64,000 nucleotides of DNA, from contig JBEKGM010000005.1 in assembly GCA_050012795.1 (NCBI GenBank), positions 21,574 to 85,573 of the forward strand. Reading direction: 5' to 3'. Below are positions 46,377 to 54,531 of the stretch, one piece after another. Positions within the stretch are counted from its first letter, which is position 1. The number at the start of each line of letters is the position of its first letter. Both the position numbers and the translations under genes were made by a program. Under the pieces are notes generated by a model that was not told the origin of the DNA, ran no database searches, and saw nothing but the letters and a program-made list of their open reading frames with translations. The stretch is from Candidatus Bathyarchaeia archaeon (GTDB lineage: Archaea > Thermoproteota > Bathyarchaeia > 40CM-2-53-6).

Positions 46377-46913
46377 TCAATCAGTCTGCGGAAAATCACC
46401 GCTAAAGAGATCTTCAAGTGCTCTCCTCCCGGACGGAGGAGGCTCTTCGGCCGCGTAACCTAAAGAAAACATAACCACGGGTCGACCTGCCTTGTCGCCG
46501 ACAATTCCACGCACCGCGTCTTCATCAAAATCACCCACCCAAACGGTTGACAGCCCGAGGTCCACGGCTGCCAACATTGCAAATGACCCGGCTATGGTAG
46601 CATCCTGCACACTGTACAGTTCCCGCCCTCGGACACCATACTTGGGCTCGGTACGCGATGGATCAGTACAGAAAACGAGACAAACGGGTGCCTCTTCAAT
46701 GAAGCTCTGACCATGCGCGGCCTTCGCGAGGACTTCGCGCTTCGACTTTTCTCGAAAAACGTACACGTGATAAGCTTGTAAGTTGCCCGCGGAAGGGGCG
46801 AGGTTCGCAGCCTCAAATATCCTCCGTAGCTTATCCTCCTCGACTGGCTGCGGCTTGTAGGAGCGAACTGAGCGCCGCCGCTGTAACACGTTGAAGAACT
46901 CCATCATACTCAC
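46377..46913 (-). CDS. nitroreductase family protein
   Basis: RRSVRSY...LAPSAGNLQ pattern; 178 aa. Confidence 0.85.
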   Translation of the reverse strand: MSMMEFFNVLQRRRSVRSYKPQPVEEDKLRRIFEAANLAPSAGNLQAYHVYVFREKSKREVLAKAAHGQSFIEEAPVCLVFCTDPSRTEPKYGVRGRELYSVQDATIAGSFAMLAAVDLGLSTVWVGDFDEDAVRGIVGDKAGRPVVMFSLGYAAEEPPPSGRRALEDLFSGDFPQTD

Positions 46914-47204
46914 CGTGACTTAACTTTCAGCAACATCATGATCAGGGAGGCCTGAGAAGAGTTTCGAATATAGACTAATGACTGTTCGGTTCCAGTGGAT
47001 TGTCTCGCAAGCACGAGATCCACATTTGTGTTAACGTTTGTGAACGTCAAGTGGGAATTAGTGTTATGGGCATCTTCGCCATATCCTACCTTAAGGAGAG
47101 AAGGTCATCTCGCTGGCCACCACTCACTTATGCCGTAGGTCATGTTTTTCTCCCTCTCATTTATTAATAATTGAACAAAAGTCTCTTCCTTTTAGTGGCT
47201 TCTA

Positions 47205-48296
47205 ATGAGTAGGTCGCGGGTTAGGGTACGTTTTGCTGTCATGTCAGTGATCTTGCTGGCGATACTCGTCTCCTCGAGTAAATTCAGTTCGGCCTATGGA
47301 CAGTCGTATCCGAACATCACATCATACAGAGTTACCGGCGCACCAGATTATAATGCTCCTGGAAACGAAACTTTCTGGAATACAATCGATTGGACGAATG
47401 TGCCTCTCGCCGCATCAGTCTCACCCGGAGGCGGTCATACTTCAGAAGTTTCAATAAAATCAGCGAACGATGGATTCAACATCTACATCCTCTTGAAATG
47501 GACCGATAAGGTTGGACCATCTTTTGGCACCGACAGTGAAGTCTACAGCGCTCCGAATGGAACGTTGATTCCTCTGAGCGCGGACGTTACAGGAAATGTA
47601 ACTCAACTTTTCCACAATTCCACATATTACTATCCGGATAGAGTTGCTGTGCTCTGGTTTATTGATGGTAATAGACAGCAATCGCCTGCAATGGAGCTTG
47701 GATCGAACGGAGCTATAACTGGTGGGGCCGCGGACATTTGGCATTGGCAGTCTACGCCAACAGACAATAACCCCAACGATTCGGCTTTCCCAGGAGGGTA
47801 CACGGATCCCGCAGGGAATGCCATCTATCCGAATGACAACATGTCCTTCGCAGAAGACGATTTCACTAACATGACAGGATTCTTCGTGACTGCTGGCAAC
47901 TTTGGAGCTGGCGCACCTAACCTGGACCCATACGCGGACCCGTTCATTATACACGTTGGGAACGCGTTTTCTGATTTCAATAAGACATGGTCAGTTGAGA
48001 TGGTAAGAAGCTTCGCAACATCCGATCCAATGCATCAAGTCCAACTGAAAACAGGAGCCACCTACTATACTGCGTTCGCAGTCTGGAACGGTCTACTGGG
48101 GGAATCAGCTCACATCAAGTCGGTCTCGCAATGGTTTACTATAACAGTGAGCGATAGCCCTCCACCCTACCTGTCGACAACTCTCACTGGTCAAACTCCA
48201 GCAGTTGCCCCCACACTCGCAGCCGCAGTCGGACTGGGGCTCTTAATTACAGGCATCATAATCGGAATCGCAGTTAGATCCAAGAATAAAGGTTGA
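47205..48296 (+). CDS. membrane-anchored extracytoplasmic DOMON/EB_dh-like (putative haem b-binding) protein, in the position of CbsA
   Basis: Signal peptide, then W..IDWTNVPL...VSIKSANDGFNIYILLKWTD, DRVAVLWF and GAADIWHWQS (EB_dh/DOMON-like patterns). Many N-x-S/T sequons and a C-terminal TM anchor. It lies directly upstream of the Rieske and cytochrome b genes. Confidence 0.55.
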   Translation: MSRSRVRVRFAVMSVILLAILVSSSKFSSAYGQSYPNITSYRVTGAPDYNAPGNETFWNTIDWTNVPLAASVSPGGGHTSEVSIKSANDGFNIYILLKWTDKVGPSFGTDSEVYSAPNGTLIPLSADVTGNVTQLFHNSTYYYPDRVAVLWFIDGNRQQSPAMELGSNGAITGGAADIWHWQSTPTDNNPNDSAFPGGYTDPAGNAIYPNDNMSFAEDDFTNMTGFFVTAGNFGAGAPNLDPYADPFIIHVGNAFSDFNKTWSVEMVRSFATSDPMHQVQLKTGATYYTAFAVWNGLLGESAHIKSVSQWFTITVSDSPPPYLSTTLTGQTPAVAPTLAAAVGLGLLITGIIIGIAVRSKNKG

Positions 48297-48300
48297 CAAT

Positions 48301-48933
48301 ATGGGACCTGAAAGCGACCAATCACGTCCGAAGCACGAAAAATCCCGACGCAACTTCCTCAAAATTGCAATATCATTTTCGACACTGCTACTAATAGGAG
48401 GAATCGCAGCCCTTACCAGGTCCCTCACAAACCCAGCTCCACAAGGCCAGAACACCGCACTGCAAGTCTTTCCGCGAGTCAAAGTGGCACAGTTAAACGA
48501 TCTCCAGACTAACCAACCCGTTCTGTTCAACTACCCTCTCGATAACGAACCGAACATACTAGTAAAGTTAGGACAGAAAGCCGAAGCAGGCGTCGGGCCC
48601 GACGGAGATATCGTCGCCTACAGCGTCCTTTGTCAACACCTAGGTTGCGTCTTTGCGTTCCAAGCTCCTGGAACGTCACCGAAATGTAATTCAGGATACA
48701 AAGCGAGTTCGCCGGTCGGATACTGTTGCTGTCACGGCAGCATTTTCGATTTCCTGCATCAAGCACAGGTCGTATCTGGGCCATCACCGAGACCACAACC
48801 CCAGGTCATACTCGAGCTCGATGGCTCAGGAAACATTTACGCGGTCGGGATGACTCCTCCGACGATTTTCGGACATAACACGGGATCATCTGACGTCTCT
48901 TCAGATCTGCAAGGCGGTACTCCTGTAACATGA
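48301..48933 (+). CDS. Rieske [2Fe-2S] protein with twin-arginine signal
   Basis: SRRNFLKIAI Tat motif; CQHLGC and CCCHGS cluster-binding boxes. Confidence 0.9.
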   Translation: MGPESDQSRPKHEKSRRNFLKIAISFSTLLLIGGIAALTRSLTNPAPQGQNTALQVFPRVKVAQLNDLQTNQPVLFNYPLDNEPNILVKLGQKAEAGVGPDGDIVAYSVLCQHLGCVFAFQAPGTSPKCNSGYKASSPVGYCCCHGSIFDFLHQAQVVSGPSPRPQPQVILELDGSGNIYAVGMTPPTIFGHNTGSSDVSSDLQGGTPVT

Positions 48934-50396
48934 CAATAGAGAGCGATACCAAGACGGTTCGTCTGGTCAAATGGCTCGACACACGTCTTGGCCTATCCTA
49001 TCCCTTACTTCGGCCAGTTCCCGCTTATGCGATAAACCCGTTCTATTGGCTTGGTGCATTGCCCGTAGTCGCTTTCCTTATTCAAGGCATAACAGGCGTA
49101 ATCATGATTCTATATTACGTACCTACCCCCACCGCCGCCTATACGTCCACGCAATACATCTTCAATCGAGTATACTATGGTAGATTTCTCGAGACAGTTC
49201 ACCTGTATACAGCCTATGCCATGATCATGCTCGCGTTCATGCATCTGATGCGCGATTACTTTGTTTCCGCCCATAAGAAACCACGGGAGATTATGTGGGT
49301 AGTCGGAATGATAATGGGCTTCGTAACGTTAGGATTTGGATTCACTGGATACTTGTTGCCGTGGACCGTAGTGTCGAAATCCGCGACGGATGTCGGAGTT
49401 GGAATGATCGACGCGTTGCCTTCGGTGATTTCTTCTCGCTTAAGCTTTCTAGTAGTCGGCGGAGGAGGAGATGCCACGGAATTATTACGATTCTACGACC
49501 TGCATATTATTGTGCTCCCAGCAGTCTTGCTTGCACTGTTGACAATTAAGTTGTACATGCTTGAGGTCCACGGAATATCAGAGCCAACTGGCTCGAAAAA
49601 AGATACGGAACAGATCGCGATCTTTCCAGACGTCACGATATATCTCATGGAGCTTGCAGCAATGTTCGGAGCCGCCATGCTTCTAATCTCAGTGCTTTTT
49701 CCGCTGACGCTTCCTCCACCTTACACACCAGCATTAGCGTCACAATCAATTGCGCAGCCAGATTGGTACTTCCTCTGGGTCTATCAAATACTCAAAATTT
49801 CAGTGTTCGAAGGACCCGGCCTTCCGATTGCACTTGGCATGGTAACATTGATCTTTATCCTACTCGTTTTGCTACCATTCATCGACCGCGGTAGTTCTAG
49901 AGCAATAGTTCAAAGACCGATCTTCGTTACGTTAGGATTAATCTTCATTGGGGAAATCATCGTGCTAGCAGCCTGGGGACTGTTGACGCCTGGTCAAATT
50001 ATCCCGCTTGGACAAGCGTTACTGGTACTAGGAGGGGTTGCACTGATAATAGTGGTGATTTCGTTAAGTGCGTTTCATTTCTTCGCGGGAAACGCGAAGC
50101 ATACCGGGTCACCGAAGAACACGATGGGTAAGTTTAACGCGTCTGGGATAACAGCTGCTTTTGCCATAATTGTTTCAGTCGGGGCGCTAGCGATTGGGAC
50201 TTCCCTCTCGAGCATCGTACACATCATTCTGAACGGAGCAGATTTAACCTCAGTAGCCACGCTCGGAGCCGGACTGTCCACTCTAGCGCTGATGATCGTC
50301 ACGTCGCTTTTCCTTCTTTACATGTCCGACCGCACTACAGGCAGACTCAGAATGAGAAACGCATTCTTTGAAAGGATTGCGAGATCATGGAACTGA
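48930..50396 (+). CDS. cytochrome b (fused b6/subunit IV-like, extended C-terminus)
   Basis: Conserved N-terminus (..WLDTRLGL..), with His pairs in FLETVHLYTAYAMIMLAFMHLMRDYF and later helices. About 12 TM segments. ATGA overlap with the Rieske gene. Confidence 0.9.
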   Translation: MTIESDTKTVRLVKWLDTRLGLSYPLLRPVPAYAINPFYWLGALPVVAFLIQGITGVIMILYYVPTPTAAYTSTQYIFNRVYYGRFLETVHLYTAYAMIMLAFMHLMRDYFVSAHKKPREIMWVVGMIMGFVTLGFGFTGYLLPWTVVSKSATDVGVGMIDALPSVISSRLSFLVVGGGGDATELLRFYDLHIIVLPAVLLALLTIKLYMLEVHGISEPTGSKKDTEQIAIFPDVTIYLMELAAMFGAAMLLISVLFPLTLPPPYTPALASQSIAQPDWYFLWVYQILKISVFEGPGLPIALGMVTLIFILLVLLPFIDRGSSRAIVQRPIFVTLGLIFIGEIIVLAAWGLLTPGQIIPLGQALLVLGGVALIIVVISLSAFHFFAGNAKHTGSPKNTMGKFNASGITAAFAIIVSVGALAIGTSLSSIVHIILNGADLTSVATLGAGLSTLALMIVTSLFLLYMSDRTTGRLRMRNAFFERIARSWN

Positions 50397-50647
50397 ACAA
50401 AGTCATACTAAGCCTCTTAATATGTCTGCAGCTTATCTCGGCCACGTTCCTATGGTCGCTTAATGCCGCCGACGTCATCAGTGAAGTGAAATTCGCCGTC
50501 TTCCTAGCGATTGACCTGTTATGCTTTGCCATGGTGGCTTATTCCTATCGAAAACTGAAGAGAGGCGTGCTGATTAGTCCCGTCTGGATACTGTTGGGGT
50601 CAATTGGATTAATTGTGTTATTATTTTCAGGCCTCTTCTTCCCATAG
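50387..50647 (+). CDS. small hydrophobic protein (86 aa, 3 predicted TM), possible accessory subunit
   Basis: The ORF overlaps the cytochrome b stop by 10 nt and is strongly hydrophobic. Confidence 0.5.
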   Translation: MELNKVILSLLICLQLISATFLWSLNAADVISEVKFAVFLAIDLLCFAMVAYSYRKLKRGVLISPVWILLGSIGLIVLLFSGLFFP

Positions 50648-50744
50648 GCGAGCCGCTGTTTACACTCTATCTCCAGATGGAAGATGATGCGTGCATGGGT
50701 GCAGAATCAATTCTTAGGTTCAAGTAACGCGCCCTTGTGACTAG

Positions 50745-51314
50745 GTGGGTTCAATGTCAGTCGATAAAGTATCCTTTTGCGCTCATGTTGTGGAGAGGCT
50801 TCCTAAGATGCAGGATATGGCAGAAAAACTAGACAATAGCGAGAACTTCGGTGACGTTTTCGAGATTGTCAAGAGATCGGTTAAGGAACAATTGGGAAAG
50901 GAACGGGCAGGGCTGATGCTCGTGCTTGCAGATCTCCCAATGCATCTCGGTGCTTTTCATGGCGTGGGCACTAATTCTATTGTTATGAACCGGGCGCTCC
51001 TAGATCGAATAGTTAAAGGCGGAAATTCGAGGATTCAAGTCAACTCGTTTGTCTACTCGATACTGCTTCACGAATACCTTCATTCTCTAGGAGTAATCGA
51101 GGAAGAAGATGTTAGAAGTCTAGTACGGGACATTTCATTGAAAACTTTTGGAAATGATCATCCTGCATCCAAGATTGCCGCTGAAGGCCCCTGGTCGATG
51201 CTTCCGCGATCATGGTCACCTGAACAGGTTGAGTCAGACTACGTTCCTCAATCTCATCGCGAAATGGAATTAATCAAGGACTTCGATCGTTCACATTCCA
51301 GATACATCAGTTGA
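50745..51314 (+). CDS. hypothetical protein with HExxH motif (putative metallopeptidase-like)
   Basis: SILLHEYLHSLG. I recognise no other family features. Confidence 0.55.
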   Translation: MGSMSVDKVSFCAHVVERLPKMQDMAEKLDNSENFGDVFEIVKRSVKEQLGKERAGLMLVLADLPMHLGAFHGVGTNSIVMNRALLDRIVKGGNSRIQVNSFVYSILLHEYLHSLGVIEEEDVRSLVRDISLKTFGNDHPASKIAAEGPWSMLPRSWSPEQVESDYVPQSHREMELIKDFDRSHSRYIS

Positions 51315-51327
51315 TTGAACTGTGCGA

Positions 51328-51654
51328 TTATTCAGCACTCCAGGAATAACCACACTTGGTGCACGTAAACCTCTGCATGGATCTTTCCTGCCTCACTCCG
51401 GCATGCTCACCTGAAACTAACCCGAGACTATGAAATGCTTCCTTATTGTCGCAACGAGGGCATACTTTAGCGACCTTCCTGTACTCCAATTTCGAAGGAT
51501 CTAGTACGTCAACAACGCCTGCAGAACTTTCGCGTGGCGTTATCTTCACGACGTCGACTATCTCCGTCCTTAGTTGATAACCGCACTTGGAGCACACAAG
51601 GCCTTCCCTGGTTTCCTTCATGTAGGCACCGCATTTCTCACAGAATTTCAACAA
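51328..51654 (-). CDS. transcription factor S / RpoM-like zinc-ribbon protein, non-canonical C-terminal loop
   Basis: N-terminal ribbon FCEKCG...CSKCG and C-terminal ribbon CPRC...CTKCGYSW. The loop between them is longer than canonical and lacks the RSADEP motif. Confidence 0.75.
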   Translation of the reverse strand: MLKFCEKCGAYMKETREGLVCSKCGYQLRTEIVDVVKITPRESSAGVVDVLDPSKLEYRKVAKVCPRCDNKEAFHSLGLVSGEHAGVRQERSMQRFTCTKCGYSWSAE

Positions 51655-51750
51655 TTCACCCTCTTTTGAAACTCACCTGAAGAGAACTACTGCTCACCTT
51701 TGTCGTCAGTGAAATGGATGAATGACGCGTGGTAAGCCATTAAGGTGGCC

Positions 51751-52002
51751 TTACTTTCGCCGCTTTCTCTTATGCAACTTGGTTTTTTTCAGCTTTCCGA
51801 ATCGACGAAGAACAGTCGTGGCTGCAGATTCAACAATCAGCCTTCTTCCGTCAAGCCTGACATGTAACATTGCCCCTTTACCGAACGGGAAGTTCGAATC
51901 AGTTGTCAGTTTTGTAGGGAGGTAAATGCGCGGCGATTCATACACTCTACCGTCTGGCATTTTCTTCTTCGTTATCACGTAACTAGTTACTGCTTCCCTC
52001 AT
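51751..52002 (-). CDS. hypothetical small basic protein (possible AbrB/SpoVT-like fold)
   Basis: 83 aa; PRIYLPTKL... then HVRLDGRRLIVES; Lys/Arg-rich tail. Confidence 0.45.
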   Translation of the reverse strand: MREAVTSYVITKKKMPDGRVYESPRIYLPTKLTTDSNFPFGKGAMLHVRLDGRRLIVESAATTVLRRFGKLKKTKLHKRKRRK

Positions 52003-52166
52003 GCTTTGACACTTTCGGGTTCAAAATTAGACGGATAATCCGATTGAGATAACGGATAGTACCGCAAACATGTAAAATTGGCTAGTCACGTACGATTGGT
52101 TTGCGGCTTTTCAGTGTCAATCTCGAATGTAGCCATGTACAGAACCATGTAAAGATTCCAAAAACC

Positions 52167-53708
52167 TCAGGCCAATTTGGCTCTGCGGCGCCTAACGAAA
52201 ACGAAGAGAAAGCCGAATGAAAGGCCGGCTATAATTGATTCCACTGGAAAACTAGGCAGACCGATACTCCAGTATGGGTTGCCTTCTTGACTTGACGAGA
52301 ATGCGGTGACTTGCGTCGTCATCATCGTCGTCAACGGACCCACAAAATTGGCTGGCTCTATCAGGGGTTGTTGCGGTGGTTGACTGAACTCGAACGAGTT
52401 CATCATGTTGTTCGCCGTCATGTCTCTGGTTCCCAGCAACGGCAGGTTGAAGTTGTCTTCAGCCAGTCGCAGGAGGGATGCGAATTCGTATTGCGTGTGG
52501 TCGATGAACCCATGTTTCGCCCATGGTGAGATTACGAGGGTTGGTACTCTGAAGCCTTCTCCGAAGGCATCGACCTTTGGAGGAGGGACATGGTCGTAGA
52601 ACCCACCATAATCGTCTTAGGTGATGATTATCGCAGACGATTGCCAGTATTGGCTCTGCATGACCTGGTTCACTAGGTATGAGACGTAATCCATTCCGCA
52701 GTCACTCCTCGCAGGTGGATGTTCGCTTGGCAGCCGCCCCTTGCATGCGGCGGGGTAGGTTGGTGGAACCCAGCTACCAGGGATAATCCATGAGACTGCG
52801 GGGAGCTGGCCATTCTGGATAGCGTTGACGAAGGCTTGCGTATTCTTCACGTGCTCAACAAGCTGATCAGGATTATTCTGGAAGAATGTGAAGAGGGGTA
52901 GGACATCCCAAATGTTGGGTTTCGTTGGTCTAGCCTCACCATCATACTATGACCACGGCACGTTCGCGTTACTAAGTTCCTGAGCAAGCGTTGACCAGTC
53001 CAGAGAGAGGCCTTGCCAATTATAACCTGAAGGAGGATTGTCTACTATTCCCCCGTTCTGAATCCACTTGCAGTGAGTTTGAAGGCAGAGTGGAGGCAGG
53101 TTGCTCACAGGCCCGTTTGTTCCAGAGACAATGTATAGGTGGTTGGGAAAGCTTGGGCCCATCAGGGAAGAGAAGAAGTTGTCATCCAACACGTACTGAC
53201 CAGCGTAATCCCAGTAGTAGGGTATGTCACTCCTATCATAGTACCCCATCGTCAGAGTACTGCCCTCCGCAGCAACGAATCCATCCATCTTCCCATTATC
53301 GTAGGCCATGTGCGCAACCGACCACGCATGGCTCAAATCTCTGCCAATTGACTCGGTGTCGAGGTGAAACAGCGCAGAAGAATTAATTGGTTGAAGATCG
53401 TCCGGATCAGCCACACCCGGCGGAAGTTCATCACCCCAGATCATAATCGGTTGTGCCACGTTCAAATGGAACGGGCGAACGTACCCCAGGCTTGTCTGGT
53501 TAGGGTCAAGTGGAATAGAAGTATCAAGCGAAAGCCCATTCACACCCGGATACGTTCCGAAATAATTGTCGAACGAATGATTCTCTTGAACGATGAAGAT
53601 CAAGTGTTGAATTCTTGAAGTCCCGTAAGCGTAAGTGGCGGTTGGAGAGGTGACACTGAGGCCCAGGGCTAGGATAACGAGAATTGAGAGCGCGAGAAGC
53701 TGTCTCAT
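52167..53708 (-). pseudogene. secreted phosphoesterase-family protein (phospholipase C / acid phosphatase AcpA type) interrupted by two in-frame stop codons
   Basis: Three track ORFs (52947-53708, 52617-52850, 52167-52439) share one frame. Read-through gives signal peptide, then IFIVQENHSFDNYFGTYPG ... NVPWS*YDGE ... VSWIIPG..SEHPP ... [19 protein letters not shown] ... [12 protein letters not shown] ..., then a C-terminal TM and RRRR anchor. The stops are TAG 52947-52949 and TAA 52617-52619. Confidence 0.85.
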
Positions 53709-53784
53709 GTCTCAAAGTCCCCTGCACGACTTACGGGTATAAAAGACGTTGTGAACGTATCGTACAGCGGTGTAGGATGGCTTC

Positions 53785-54384
53785 ATGAACTTCATCGGTA
53801 TCGACCTTGCTGGATCACCTAATCGTCCAACTGGCTTCTGCGTAGCAGATTCCAAATTGCGAGTTGAATGCAAAGTTCTCCATACTGATAAGGAGATACT
53901 TGAAGCGGTCGAGAAAGCGGCAGGCGTGATTGCTGCTATTGATGCTCCGTTGGCTTTACCTAAAGGCCGTCACTGCCTTGAGGAGCACTGTCGAGGCCGC
54001 GTTCATTTCCGCGCATGTGATCGAGTACTCTCCCGAATGCGAATAAAGTATTTCCCGATTACGATTGGACCTATGCGTATGCTTACTTCACGAGGTATGC
54101 TCCTCGCTAAGCAATTAAAGCGACTGGGGGTTGAATCGATAGAGACTTTCCCTGGAGGCGCGCAAGATATACTTGGCATCCCAAGAAAACAGGCGAGTCT
54201 GGAAGCGCTTCAAAGAGCATTGGCAAGAATTTGCACAGGCGACGTCCTTGAGCGAGAGTTAACAGGGGATGAACTCGACGCCATCAATTGTGCGTTGGTA
54301 GCTAGGGATTATGCGAGTGGAAGTTATTTAGCGATCGGTGATCCGTCAGAAATACTCATGATTCTGCCCCGACCAAAGTCATAA
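53785..54384 (+). CDS. DUF429-like protein (RNase H-like fold predicted)
   Basis: MNFIGIDLAGSPNRPTGF...IDAPLALP pattern. Confidence 0.65.
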   Translation: MNFIGIDLAGSPNRPTGFCVADSKLRVECKVLHTDKEILEAVEKAAGVIAAIDAPLALPKGRHCLEEHCRGRVHFRACDRVLSRMRIKYFPITIGPMRMLTSRGMLLAKQLKRLGVESIETFPGGAQDILGIPRKQASLEALQRALARICTGDVLERELTGDELDAINCALVARDYASGSYLAIGDPSEILMILPRPKS

Positions 54385-54531
54385 GGCCTGACTTCGCAAG
54401 CGTGCAATACACAATCATGATTTCACGGTAGCTAGCTGTCCACGATCCGTTTAACTATGTGTCTAGGTGACTCAAATTGAGTTCCGGAGCCCTTGATTGA
54501 ATTAGCTGCAATCGCGCCCATTCGTAAAGAA

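Noticed and set aside
47460-47954. 164-aa antisense ORF inside the DOMON-like gene
   Set aside because: The sense frame has a signal peptide, sequons and conserved-looking motifs. The antisense frame has no recognisable features.
52617-52949. Stop-codon reassignment (TAG or TAA read as sense) as the explanation for the interrupted phosphoesterase
   Set aside because: TAA, TAG and TGA each terminate many conserved genes in this window at the expected lengths, so a genome-wide reassignment is not supported.
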